Source of the DNA: Octopus vulgaris
Lineage: Eukaryota
Direction: 5' to 3'
Assembly: GCA_951406725.2 (NCBI GenBank)
Contig: OX597828.1
Location: 14,322,001 to 14,386,000 of the forward strand
Length of the DNA stretch: 64,000 nt
Of this stretch, positions 12,189-26,099 are shown one piece after another. Position 1 is the first letter of the stretch. The number at the start of each line of letters is the position of its first letter. The position numbers and the translations under genes were made by a program. Under the pieces are notes generated by a model, which saw nothing but the letters and a program-made list of their open reading frames with translations, was not told the DNA's origin and searched no databases.

Positions 12189-13174
12189 TGAGATTGGGTA
12201 CCAGAGTAGTAATAGAGTAGTTAGGAAGGTGGTGAGCTGGTGGAAACGTTAGCACACCGGGCGAAATGCTTAGCGGTATTTCGTCTGTCTTGAGTTAATT
12301 TTGAGTTCAAATTCTGCTGAGGTCGATTTGCCTTTCATCCTTTCGGGGTCGATTAAATAAGTTCCAGTTATGCACTGAGGTCGATATAATTGACTTAATC
12401 TGTTTGTCTGTCTTTGTTTGTCCTCTCTGTGTTCAGCACCTTGTGGGTAGTAAAGAAATAGGTATTTCATCTGTCTTTACATTTTGAGTTCAAATTCTGC
12501 TGAGGTCGACTTTGCCTTTCATCCTTTTGGGGTCGATAAATTAAGTACCAGTTGCATACTGAGGTTGATCTAATTGACTGCCTCCTCCCCCCAAATTTCG
12601 GGTCTTGTGCCTAGAGTAGAAAAGAATAGAGTAGCTAGGGGGATGGGGTGAGCAGGCAGTCATCCCTGGGTGATGCTTTTATGGAGTGCTTTTGGGCCCT
12701 GCTATATAAGCTCCCTGCTGGTTGTGGTGTTCAAGGGCTGCGCACTCTAACTACACCACTGCAGAAAGGTGCAGCTGCCTATAGGAAGTATTGATAATTG
12801 ACTAACAAGCAATTTGACAAATTAATTAAAAACTCATTATAATGTCCTTACCATCCCCATAGGAAATGATACATGTCATTTTTCCTGTTTCTTTTTTTAT
12901 TTTTAACCCAGGCCAGCTTTGACAGTGCAGATTCATTATCAGAGGTATTCCAGCCATGACCATCCCATTTAATTTTGTATTCAGGCATTGTATATCTGAT
13001 GTCACATTGTTGAATCTGTCATTCACTTTTTTGAAAAACTGTATAATGTAAAGGTATGAGACGTTTTGGCTTAGCCTTCCTGGCGCTGCCTATTTGGCAT
13101 CGCTGATTCAATGCTTTTTAGTGTTTTTCTCGTTCTCTCCCTCCCTGTCTTTATTTGTGTGTGTGTGTGTGTGC

Positions 13175-13219
<45 letters not shown>

Positions 13220-14324
13220 CGTGTGTGTGCGTGTGCGTGTTTCCCTCCAGTGCCAAAACGTAATGTCACCAAAGCATATCACTGTCCAGTCAGCCGTGTC
13301 AAATCGCCAATGTCCAAACAGCTGCGTTCATTCATCTCATTCCAAAGGCGTAATCTGAGTGAGATTTTGCCACTATTTCTAACAGACCAATTAGCAACAT
13401 ATAGGCTCTCTAGTTGCCTCTGGGTTTCTTCGATGGCTGCTGCCTATTTTACAATGAGGTTTTCCGTATTAGTGGAAGTTAAATATCCTTGCCACCGTGG
13501 ATATAACTCAGTGACATTGAGAAGATCTGAACTGGTGACTCTTCGGTTGATAGGCCAACAATCTACCGCCTCTGCCAGCTGCACCTCCTTTTAGTCATTT
13601 AAGACAACCTTGGGTATATTTGGCATATAAAGAGACAAGGTAATTAGAGACAGAGATAGAGGAACAGTGGAGTAAGTTCCTTATAGTGTTCCGTCTCATC
13701 GTTGAGTCCTGTGATCTAAATTCAAATTAATATTTTATCCATCGGGAAGTCGGCGAGCTGGCGAAATCGTTAACAGGCCGGGAAAAACGCTTAGCAGCAT
13801 TTCGTCCGTCTTTACGTTCTGAGTTCAAATAGCGCTGAGGTCGACATTGCCTTTCATTCTTTAGGAGTCGGTAAAATAGACATCAGTTGAGCACTGGGGT
13901 CGATGTAATCGACATACTCCCTCCCACGAATTTGCTGGCCTTCTGCAAAAATTTCAAATCAATATTGTATCCGTCCGGGTGCGGTGGTAGAATAAGTTCC
14001 AGTCATATGTTGGTATCGGTTTAATCGACTGTAAGTCCACATTTTCAAAATTGGAGGCTGTATCGAACCAATTCAGTCCATTTGCAAAGTTTGATTAAAT
14101 TGTTTGTGACATAATAATTATGTCCTAATTGAAGAAGTGGGTGGAATGCAGAGGGAAAATAAAATAAATACCAGTAATACAATGAGGCTCGTATCGATTG
14201 TACAGTTCGTTTGCAAAAATTGGCGTAGTATTAATGTATGCATGCATGCATGTATGCATGCATGTATGTATGTATGTATGTATGTATGTATGTATGTATG
14301 TATGTATGTATGTATGTATGTATG

Positions 14325-14570
14325 TGCTGGGTTCGGAGTCACTAGTTCAGGAAAGGAGAGGGCCATAAATGCCATTACTGAGGTTGCAGAGAGGGTCACC
14401 AGGTGGCTTTGGATAAAGGGAGCTGGCGATTTGGTGCTACAGATGTGCGATTTCGAGTGGATGAACTGGCCAAAGGCGTCTGACGTTGAAAGATTCCATT
14501 ACAACGCGAGAGCCCAGAAGCATCACTGATATTGCATTCCAGAGCATCCTCTGTGTGTATGTAAGTATAT
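14325..14570 (+). mobile_element. 3' end of a Hero/R2-group non-LTR retrotransposon
   Basis: Translation GFGVTSSGKERAINAITEVAERVTRWLWIK matches the A-E-AS-WLW-K C-terminus of Hero-type ORFs. The 3'UTR has gtctgacgttgaaaga...catcactgat. Embedded in (TATG)n/(CATA)n. Confidence 0.6.
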
Positions 14571-15284
14571 ACATCCTCTGTGTGTGTATGTATGTATATA
14601 CATACAAACATACATACAAACACATACATATACATACATACATACATACATACATACATACATACATACATACATACATACAAACACATACATATATATA
14701 TATATATATATACATACATACATACATACATACATACATACATACATACATACATACATACATACATACATACATACATACATACATACATACATACATA
14801 CATACATACATACATACATACATACATACATACATACATACATACATACATACATACATACATACATACATACATACATACATTATGGCCATTGCACGAA
14901 GCTTAACTGTTGCTGGTGCTGTGATCGAATGTGACTTTTTAGCCCAGATCTACAATGTCTTGTACAGAATTGGCAACTAAAACCTTTACCGGTAATACAT
15001 ACATACATACATATATTATCGTACACATACACAATGTATGTCCTTTGTTAGTTCGTTGATCGGCTACAATTTGATGCGGTGAAGATGACTTTCTCAAAGT
15101 GCCGGGTGTAAAAACACCTGAAATTCAGTCACAGACAAGCGAGACAACTTACCCCAAGTTCTTTTCAGGAACGATGAGCACCGATGTTTTACCATTTTTT
15201 TTTTTTTTTTGGCTTATCATCATCATCATCATCATATACCTGAACTGAACCGGAGTCAAGTTGGATAACATATCCATGGATATT

Positions 15285-15660
15285 TACTCTTCTACTTGTT
15301 TCAGTCATTTGGCTGTGGCCGTGCTGGAGCACCACCTTTTAGTCGAGCAAATCGACCGCAGGACTTATTCTTTGTAAGCCTAGTACTTATTCTATCGGTA
15401 AACACATCAGCATCGGTTGTCAAGCGATGTTGGGAGGACAAACACAGACACACAAAGACACACACACACATATATATACATATACATATATACGACGGGC
15501 TTCTTTCAGTTTCCGTCTACCAAATCCACTCACAAGGCTTTGGTCGGTCCGAGGCTATAGTAGAAGACACTTGCCCAAGGTGCCACACGCAGTAGGGACT
15601 GAACCCGGAACCATGTGGTTGGTAAGCAAGCTACTTACCACACAGCCACTCCTACGCCTA
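15285..15660 (-). mobile_element. SINE family A
   Basis: Reverse complement of family A with a small internal deletion. Other minus copies at 24755-25185, 49815-50278, 57960-58345; partial copies at 38420-38565 and 41300-41460. Confidence 0.9.
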
Positions 15661-15669
15661 GTAAAATGG

Positions 15670-15701
<32 letters not shown>

Positions 15702-16450
15702 CCAGCTGGTATGCCCGAACGATGCATAAGTAAAAGAGGATCCTTATCCGGCAGAAACGTACAAAATCTGAAACTCAAACATCTATGACTTCCAAAAGAG
15801 CTAAACAAAAAGCAGCACACCTTCATTAACTTAGACAATAGATAAACGAATATATAAATGAATAAATAGCAAATACAAGCACAAAGAACTCCTACCACCC
15901 CACTCCCTTCGAATTGACTATGATATCACGTCAATGAAACCTTATGAAATACAAGATCAAGCAACATCGACAATGCTCTGTATATGTTTCAGCTGTTGTA
16001 TATTTTCTGTTTGCTATGAATCATTTAGTAATCTAGAGTTATCCTCCCATATTAATGGCAACATTTCAGACTCCGACACAGCTGTTTTCCATCTATCGAT
16101 GTTATCTGCCTTATTTCTTTTCTCTTTCTTCACATGATTTTTTATTATTATTTTTTTTTTTTTACTTTTTGAAAACTAGTGAATCTTCAGTAATTATGAA
16201 AGATATCCTAGTTGACTTAATGATTTTTTTTTTATGTATATACATAAAGAAGTAATCAGTACCACGGTTGTAGAGGAAGGAATGGTGGGGGACGGGAAGT
16301 GAAAGTTATCAGATTTACGAGAGGAATTTGCAGGCAAAATTCATAATTAATATATCTATAGGTGAAAGTTATCCAGAGAGAATCTTTCAAAAATTTTGCT
16401 TTGATATTTGTGAATAGAAAAAAAAACATTGCCATTTCGTTATAGCTTTT

Positions 16451-16501
<51 letters not shown>

Positions 16502-16625
16502 CCTCCCCTCTCTACTCTAACTCTGTATAGGTGTAAATCATAAGTGTAAGTATACTTGTATGTCTCTATCCATCCATCGTCCATCTATTAATCCATATAA
16601 ATATATATAATTATATGTATGCATT

Positions 16626-16675
<50 letters not shown>

Positions 16676-16709
16676 CTCTCTCTCTCTGTATATATATATA
16701 TATTATTTA

Positions 16710-16752
<43 letters not shown>

Positions 16753-16835
16753 CATATAAATGGTAACTGTAAAACGTTGCTTTGCAAAAATAAAAAAAAA
16801 TCAATGTAAAATGAATGGCTTAATAAAAAAAATTA

Positions 16836-16958
16836 AGAAGAAGAGGAGGAAGAAGAAGAAGAAGAAGAAGAAGAAGAAGAAGAAGAAGAAGAAGAAGAAG
16901 AAGAAGAAGAAGAAGAAGAAGAAGAAGAAGAAGAAGAAGAAGAAGAAGAAGAAGAAGA
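16836..16958. repeat. (GAA)n trinucleotide tract
   Basis: Direct reading; source of the poly-K and poly-L ORFs. Confidence 0.95.
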
Positions 16959-17465
16959 ATGTAAATGTTTATAAGGTATAAAATTATTTCAACTTCAGCT
17001 AGAATATGGTTATCTTCTTCGGATTGTATAACAATACATTCATACACACACTCCGTAATTAATCGAATTAATTATATATTGCTGCTTGTTAATTCTACCC
17101 GAAAGTAAAATTCCATGAACAATAAACCTTACCCAAACTGAAGAATTCGTGATGGGACTGTCTCTCTGCCAAAAGCTACAATGATCGTTCTACGAGAATT
17201 TTTTGGACTTTTAATCGGTTCGGTGGAGGTGTGTGGGGGCGGAGGTGGGAGTGTATGGATGGTTGCGATGTGGGTGTGTGTGTGTGTGTGGGGTGGTGGT
17301 GGATGGGAAAGGGTGGTGGTGGTGGTGGGGAGGGGGGTTACGCAAGTACATTGCACGACAGGCCATGTCTCGCACACGGAGGCATGTAGCAGCCAACATG
17401 TTTTATGGGATGGGAAGGACAGGATGTTGAAAGCCTTTCTCAAAATGTACCAGTTCCTCAGTCTG

Positions 17466-17512
<47 letters not shown>

Positions 17513-17569
17513 TCCTTGATTTTGGCTAGAGGCCAGCAGTTTTGAGAGGAGGGCAAATCGATTACAAAA

Positions 17570-17601
<32 letters not shown>

Positions 17602-17626
17602 ATAGTAGTAGTAAAAATGATGATGA

Positions 17627-17660
<34 letters not shown>

Positions 17661-18872
17661 GGTGGTGGTGGTGGTGGTTTCAAATTTGGCACAAGATCAG
17701 CAATTTCGAAGGGAGAGGGTTAGTCGATGCCATCGAACCCCCGGCGTTTGATTGGTTCTTTATTTTTATCGATCCCGGAAGGATGAAAGGCGAAGTTGAC
17801 CTCAGCGGGTATAGAACTCGGAATGTGAAGCGTAGGAGGAAAATATTGCTAAGCAGTTCACTCGGCGCTCATGATGACGACGACGACGACGACGACGATG
17901 CCTATGACGATGATGATGATGATGACGAAGACGACGACGACGACGATGATGTCGATGATGATGATGATGATGATGATGATGTCGATGATGATGATGACGA
18001 TGATGACGATGATGAGGAAGAGGAGGACAAGGAGATTGAAGCTGGTGATGACGACGGTGAGAATGAGGATGATTATTGGCTCGAAACCAAACCATGGCAG
18101 GGGAGGAGGGGTGCTACTGATCGATTCGACCTAAGTATATGACTGGTACTAATTCTGATGCTGGTGATGCTAGTAGGATTTGGTCGCAGAATGGAGATGG
18201 ATGAAAAGTTAAAAAAAAAAAAAAAATGAAAAAAAGAAACACAGGAAGAAAATAAAAAAAAAAATAAAAAGTTAAGCAAATTCAAAGAATTTGTCTTGCA
18301 AATTTATCGTTTCTGTTAATTTCAGTATTCTAACGACAACAACCTTGACAATATATAATTAATATTATCAATTATAATAATATTAATTTTTATTTCATTA
18401 ATATTATTTACTATCATATAAAAGAAATAATTATTTTTCCGAAAAAATTTTTAAAAAAAGTATTAATACTCTTTTTTTACTAGTGAGGCACAAAAGACCT
18501 GAAATTTCTTTTTTTTTTGGGGGGGGGGGTATAAATCGATTACATCGACATCCCGGTTTTCGATCGATTAGTACTTGAAAGGACGAAAGGCAAAGCTAAC
18601 CTCGGCAGGATTTGAACTCAAAAGCATAAAGACGGACGAAATGCCGCTAAGCATTTTGCACCGGTATGCTAACGATTTTACTACTACTACTACTGGTAAT
18701 AATAATAATGATAATAATAATAATAATAATAATAATGTTAATATAAAAATTGCAATGATGATGATGAGGATGATGATGAGGCGGAGGATGGCGCTTCTTG
18801 TGGAGTTAGTCCTGAAGCACAAATCTTCGGGGACAGTTTATCGGATAGAATGGTAGAATCGCATAGGATGTT

Positions 18873-18917
<45 letters not shown>

Positions 18918-19675
18918 TTAACGAACTGTGAAATAGTTTACAGAATTAGATGGAATCGTTGATTGTTAAAAGTTAAAAGTATGAAATACTTTTTTTTTTA
19001 AATGGTAAACAAAGGTTTGGGCGAACAAAATAGCATTTCGCTTCTTGATAACGAAAATAAATAAATAAAGTATACAAAAAATAAAAAAAAATTGCATCTG
19101 AACATCTGACATGAGATTTCACAGTCTCAGAAGAATTCTAGAATATATTCTTTGGCAGAAGTCGCTAAAGTGAAGCATTAATAGAACTGCAGGTTTACCA
19201 TTGGATAGTCAGTCTCATGCTTGCTTGCATAGTTATGTGTGTGTGTGTGTGTGTAAATTATAGGTGTATATACTTGTAAGTATATATGTATATATATATA
19301 CGTATATATATGCATGTATATATGTGTGTATATCTATAAATATATATGTATGTATATATATATATATGTATATATATGTATGTATACACACACACACACA
19401 CACACACATATATAGTTAGTTAGACAGATAGATAAATAGATAGGTAGATGACAAGTGTCTTGACGAGATATTAATTTGTCATTGATGTAATTGATGTAAT
19501 TCCGCGGTAGTAAAAATAAAATAATGAAATGCTTTACTCTATGTATTGAGTTCGTTTTTACCCTCCCCCCCACGTACAGATGCTCATATACATACACACG
19601 GATACATATTCACACATACATAATATACATGTGTGTGTATATATATACATACATACATACACACACACACACGCA

Positions 19676-19731
<56 letters not shown>

Positions 19732-19883
19732 TACATACACATACACACACACACGTACTCATAGCTATCATATACAAATATGGTGATGTATTCGGGTATC
19801 ATATGATGAGGTAAAAAATAGTCGCAGGACCACACACAACATTCTACAGAGCGAAAGGAAACAAGGTATTCCCGAAAGTTACG

Positions 19884-19911
19884 TTTCTTTTCGATTTCCT
19901 TGTAGGTAAGA
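19884..19911 (+). promoter_or_regulatory. Candidate recursive splice site (juxtaposed acceptor and donor)
   Basis: tttcttttcgatttccttgTAG|GTAAGA in unique, non-repeat sequence. Confidence 0.4.
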
Positions 19912-20323
19912 CAAAAAAAAAACCATGAACGTCACAACATCAATTTTTTTCCGATTGGTTGACAGCACTGACAACAAAACATGTCATTTGATTTTCCATT
20001 GTTATTTAATTGTATGGAGTTATTTCTTTGTGTTTTTCTTTTTTACTTTTGTTATGATACAGCACAGTTTCTTTCACACACACACATACATATATCATAC
20101 ATACATGAATAATATATATATATATATATATATTGATATTGATATTGATATATATGTACTCACATTCGGACATCCACACATATTTACCTGCGCGTAAATA
20201 TATTAACACTCATTCATATACAGACATTTATACGCCAAAAAAGTTTCATTTACGATGTATAAAAAAAAGCATCGATGTATACATGTATAAAGAGGAATAC
20301 ATACAAACATACAGATAGATTAA

Positions 20324-20392
<69 letters not shown>

Positions 20393-20486
20393 CACGCATA
20401 TATGTACAGTCGCGTATATGTTTATAAATATGAATATGTATATATATACACCTGTGCGTGTATATATATACGTGTGTGTGTATACG

Positions 20487-20539
<53 letters not shown>

Positions 20540-20925
20540 ACCTGTACGTGTATATATATATGTGTATATCGATCGATATTTAAAATAATGAAATTATGAA
20601 TAATAAATGAAAACAAGTGAGTTCTAATCAAATTCTTCAAAAATTTCTTCCAAATCAGTGACTTCTCCCTCCCTTCCCCCCAGTAATAATAATTTAATAA
20701 AATATATAATATAAATTAATTACAGTCATCGACACACACACACACATAAATATTTAATATTTATATTTTTAAAAAATCATTGTGGAGGTACATTTTCCCC
20801 CACTTCCTTTAAATTAACTGAAATTAAAAAGAAAATAGTTTTTTCTTTTTATTTCAGTCTTATTTTTCCTGTTTCTTTTTTGTTTCTATTTTTTTTTTTT
20901 TTTTTTTGCAATTTTTCAAAGCAAA

Positions 20926-21011
20926 ATGAAGAGAGCGAGTTATAAAATAATAATATTACCTGTTGTACTGCGAAAACTAGCAGCACCACCCTTACGTGTG
21001 TATCCAAGCCG
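20926..21011 (+). CDS. Candidate first coding exon of an unidentified gene (MKRASYKIIILPVVLRKLAAPPLRVYPS+2 nt)
   Basis: caaaATG start context; open to a perfect donor CCG|GTAAGT; the two other frames are closed. Upstream pyrimidine tracts with AG at 20856-57 and 20920-21. No recognisable domain. Confidence 0.25.
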
Positions 21012-21931
21012 GTAAGTACTGACAAAGAGAAAGTTGGCAACTCTGTAAGTGTATGCCTGCTGGTTCTACCCCTTCCTCCCCTGCTTCGACAGGCGAAAAC
21101 GCACAGTTTCGCCTAAACGGGGATGTAGCATAAATTCTCTGGATTCAGATTGGTGGTTCGCGTAATGTGAGAGGCAAAGTTGGGCGATGACGGAACACAG
21201 CTACCAAACTATCTTTCTTTTACCAGACATAGTTTCACGAGTTTTATTTTATTTCTTATTTTTTGGGTGTTTTTGGTATTTTTTTTTTCATTTTTCTTTT
21301 CGCTTTTAGCTCTCTCACACAGGCCTGCCTAATTTGGCAACAGAGTGTGGAACAGGAGACTGACTTCACACAAGCTCTCAGATAACACAGCCTTTGCCGT
21401 GCTATATAATATTATATCTTCCTCACAAGAAACACCTATGAGGAAAAAAAGAAAAAAAGAAAAAAAAAAGAGAAAAGAAAGAAACTAAGAAACTGCGGCG
21501 AAATTGATAATGAGACTGATTCGCGATGCATACTGCGTTACTAAAGAGTGAACATATCTATGAGATCACTCATTCTGCAAGAAATAGCAGTCAGATTTCC
21601 CTCGAATTACACTATTACTTGCCTCGTATAAGAAAATTTAAAAAAAAAAAAAAATTAGAAAGATTTATACAAAAAATTACAAGATTTATACAAAAAAAAA
21701 ACCCCAACAAAAAACAGGAAGGATCTAAATTCGGATGATATGATGTGATGTTGGATGCACTTTTCCTGCAAATCAAAGACAAGGATGACAGCAGGGATGG
21801 TGCTGGTTGGAACGTCTTTAATCGTATGGGTCTGTTCCACAACCAAGCTGACCGAGACCTAAACAACAACAACAACAACAACTGCTGTAGCAGAAGCATC
21901 AATAACAACAACATCAGTAAATTGCAACAGA

Positions 21932-22001
<70 letters not shown>

Positions 22002-22352
22002 ATATATATATATATATTTATATATATAGGAAAACAGCAACAAACAGCAGCAGAAGTTCCTTTGCTTGTAGAGAGAAAACTTACTAGAAAATACGATGAG
22101 TGACTGTATTTCTAGAGGAACTACCACTATTAGTAGGAACTTGCGAAAAAAAAAAACAAAAACAAGAAGAAAGAAAAAAAACCCCACACAACACAAACAA
22201 ACAAAGCAGAAATTATCTTACGATGCCAAAGTTTTATTTCTCGATCGACTTCCACCACCGTTATAAACACAGTTGGGTCAACATTCGTTGCAACGTTTGA
22301 TAAGCTTTTCGCCCGCTTCCCCTCTCTGCCCAATAGTAGTTTTATCATTTTG

Positions 22353-22405
<53 letters not shown>

Positions 22406-22526
22406 TGATACATACTATTTACATAGAACTTACTTAATACGGGTATATTTAGATTTAGTGTTGTAAAAAGTTTACGCACACATACATACGCATACACACA
22501 TACGTGTTATACATATACATATATAA

Positions 22527-22595
<69 letters not shown>

Positions 22596-22640
22596 GATAT
22601 ACACATATATATATATTATTTAAATATATATGTGTGTGTG

Positions 22641-22679
<39 letters not shown>

Positions 22680-23499
22680 GTATGTATGTATGTGTGTGTG
22701 TGTGTGTGTTTGCGTTAGAAGTACTCAATACATGAAGTCGAGTTTACACATTGGAAGCTGGTGGTTCATTCCTTTGCTGCTGAGAGTTTTTCATAGGAGT
22801 GTTAGTTCAGCCGCATACTCGGAGTAGCGACAGAGTGAATCATCAACTTCGCATATATATATATACACACACACACACTCAAAAAGCAGATGTGGGTGTC
22901 ACTTTGCGTCTCAAGGAGAGGGCCCAGATAGTCAAAGAAAAGCTTTTGGATATCTGTATGGTTCTTCATTACCCCCCCCCCCAAAAAAAAACCCCAACAA
23001 ACAAACAAGAAAGAATCTTTTCCTGCTCCTTGAACTTCGCGAGAGGATTCGTCCCATCCAAATCCTCCGGATGGTTCCCCGTCCGAGAAAGCACCCAGGT
23101 TCCATCTTGCAATGCTTTTCTTGGATCCTCCGTTTGTTAATACATAGAATTGTATTTGGATTTGCACATCTGTACCCCACCCCCAAACACACACATACAT
23201 ACATACACACACTCACTCACTCACTCACACACATACTATACTATACACACATACTATAAGCATACGAATGCGCACACATACACAAACAGAGAATACTTAC
23301 ACATGCATACTAAAAGCGGACCCCATTAAAAGAGACAATACAGAAGAAAAAGAAAACGCATACATACGTACATATATCGATCAATCGATCCATCATCCAT
23401 CGATCGATTGATCAATCCATCCATCCATCCATCCATCCATCCATCCATTCGCACATACATACATAAATGCATGTACACACATATGCATGTATACATAAA

Positions 23500-23719
23500 T
23501 TCGAAGGGTTGCTGAAATGTTCCTGACTTTAAGGGTACCGCGAAAGATCTTGCTGGAGGCCCAGCCTTCTGAGTTCTTTTACAGGGCTTAGAAAAGCTTA
23601 AGGACCGCTGCTATAAGTGTATGAATCTGTGTGTGAAATATGCTCAATAAAATCATGATTAACTGATCCTCCTGTATTTTCTTTTACTCAAAGCCGGGAA
23701 CTTTTCGGAACCCCATGTA
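23500..23719 (+). mobile_element. Mariner-derived MITE
   Basis: Imperfect TIRs cgaagggttgctgaaatgttcctgacttt / aaagccgggaacttttcggaaccccatg. Retains a frameshifted transposase C-terminus (LEAQPSEFF..GLEKLKDRCYKCMNL). Confidence 0.75.
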
Positions 23720-23744
23720 TATATACATGCATACATACACATAT

Positions 23745-24038
23745 CACGTGATCACGTGACCGACCAGACCATCAGATGTTGTTACACATCGCTGGTCACA
23801 ATGCGTTCGCATTGTTTTAGCCTTCGAATGACGCCACTCCGCTGGCTAAGCGAGCAGGTCAACAGAAGAAAGAGTGGTGAAAGAGTACAGCAGGGATCAC
23901 CACCCTCTGCCGGAGCCTCGTGGAGCTTTTAAGTGTTTTCGCTCAATAAACACTCACAACGCCCGGTCTGGGAATCGAAACCGCGATCCTGCGACCGCGA
24001 GTCCGCTGCCCTAACCACTAGGCCGTTGCGCCTCCACA
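23745..24038 (-). mobile_element. tRNA-Arg-headed SINE (family C, tail type 3)
   Basis: Same head as 8154; distinct tail ending ggtcggtcacgtgatcacgtgat. Confidence 0.85.
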
Positions 24039-24686
24039 CATACACATATATAGATACATATAACCAAGTTATGAACAGATCGTTACCTGGATGGATCAAC
24101 GTGAGCCGTGTATACCTCGTTTCACCAAAACCTTTGTCATGGCCGAAGATGAAAATTTATTCTATTAACAGAAGTTAAAACTGTTCCCATAAGGAGAAGC
24201 TTGGGCGTTTATGCTTAAATACTTGAACCGAATCCAAGTGGTACTGAGAGACCTGTAGTAGTAATAAATGGAGTACATCAGGAACAATTTTAGATCCTGT
24301 TTTGTATCTTATACTGTCAGACATATTGTCAGAGAAAAGAGTATATATATATTACGATTATTAACGAATAGTATAGCACTCGATTAGTTAAGAGAGTAAA
24401 GATATTACTATAATAAAAACTACAAAAAAAAAAAAAACCTAGTGAAATATAGCTACTCAGAGTTTCCTGATCAAAATATAAATTTATTTCTCCATTTATT
24501 AAGCTGGTGAAATCAGAACGGTTTAGTAACTGCGTTCGGACGAACAAATTGCGGCATGCGTCGAACGCAGATGCTAAATCGTCTTGTTGCTTTTACCAGC
24601 TTGATAAATGATGATATAAAGTAGCATTTCGGTTAGAAAACCCTGAGTAGCTGTATAACACGAAGCATTTTGTGGTTTTCAATAAA

Positions 24687-24738
<52 letters not shown>

Positions 24739-26099
24739 GTAATAGTAATAATAATAACTCTTTTACTTGTTTCAGTCATATGACTGCGGCCATGCTGGAG
24801 CACCGCCACCTTTAGTCGAGCAAATCGACCCCAGGACTTATTCTCTTGAAGCCTAGTACTTATTCTATCGGTCTCTTTTGCCGAACCGCTAAGTTACGGG
24901 GACGTAAACACACCATCATCGGTTGTCAAGCGATGTTGAGGGGACAAACACAGACATACAAACACACACACACACACACACACACATACACACATACACA
25001 CACACGCACACACACACACACATATATACGATGGGCTTCTTTCAGTTTCCGTCTACCAAATCCACTCACAAGGCTTTGGTCGGCCCGAGGCTATAGTAGA
25101 AGACACTTGCCCAAGGTGCCACGCAGTGGGAATGAACCCGGAACCATGTGGTTCGTAAGCAAGCTACTTACCACACAGCCACTCAATAGGCTTTGGGAGA
25201 GAAGGATTAGTCAATGACCATCAATCTCAGTACTTGATTAGTGTTATATTTTATCATCCCACACTCCAGAATGGTGGGTGGTATAGCTAATTTTCATGGG
25301 ATTTGATCCCAGAAGAGAAAAGCCAAAAAAAGATACGGTAGGATATCTTTTCTTTTTTGTAATTTTGACGCTCAAATGATTCTGTCATTCCCTCGCCCTT
25401 GATTAGTCGAATAATATGTCGTTGAACGCTACAAAATTATATTCCTTCAGTCACGGACGAAATTCAATCCTGAAACGCTCTCTGTCAATGTCAAACAATG
25501 AACAGTAAATACCAGTCAAGAACTGGGGTCAATCTCATTGACTGGCTCCCCTCCCCCAAAATTTCGGGCTTTTGCCTAGAGTAAAAAAAAAAAAAATTCA
25601 AAACATGTTCTTGTTGACTTGGACATGAATATGTTTCATGATATATCTTTTTTAAAGACATTCACAGTCAGTACACAATCTGCCGAGTGTTCAGTAACAG
25701 GGTACGGTGAACATTTTTATTTTATGTCACCCGACAGTAATGATGGCACGCATTCTGACAATACTTTATTTCAAATAGCTACCTACACCTTTGGTCTTCT
25801 CGTAGAAGCTGAACACGTATCTACCAAATGGAGAGACTGCAAAAGGATTAAAAAAAATCCACCGAACCAGTAATGAAAACCAAATGCTTGAACCAGTGGA
25901 AACGCCCCTCCACAAAGTACACCTCTACTCGCTGGAACGTTGAAATAAAAGCTACACCATCATATATATATATATATATATATTGGTAGAAATGGTAAGA
26001 CAACAAAAGAATGAAAGAGACCTCGATATTATGAAAATAGAGGATTTTATCTGTGAATGTAATATGTGACAATTATTCGGTAGCCATGATAAAACTCCG

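Noticed and set aside
12123-12191. C/D-box snoRNA-like arrangement (ATGATGA ... CTGA)
   Set aside because: Spacing arises from a 42-bp tandem duplication; no convincing terminal stem or recognisable guide.
13251-13594. Possible exon after the acceptor-like ttccctccag
   Set aside because: No recognisable protein and no clear donor; the distal part resembles a decayed antisense SINE.
17783-18142. Acidic poly-Asp ORF of 119 aa
   Set aside because: Starts inside an antisense SINE B and continues through (GAT/GAC)n.
20960-21131. Minus-strand ATG frame interrupted by one TAG that A-to-I editing could recode, ending at CAG|GTAATA
   Set aside because: No homology or editing evidence; equally explained by chance, and it overlaps a better plus-strand candidate.
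24846-25217. Recurring ORF motif ASFSFRLPNPLTRLWSARGYSRRHLPK (also 15427, 49983, 56957)
   Set aside because: Antisense translation of SINE A copies, not a gene family.
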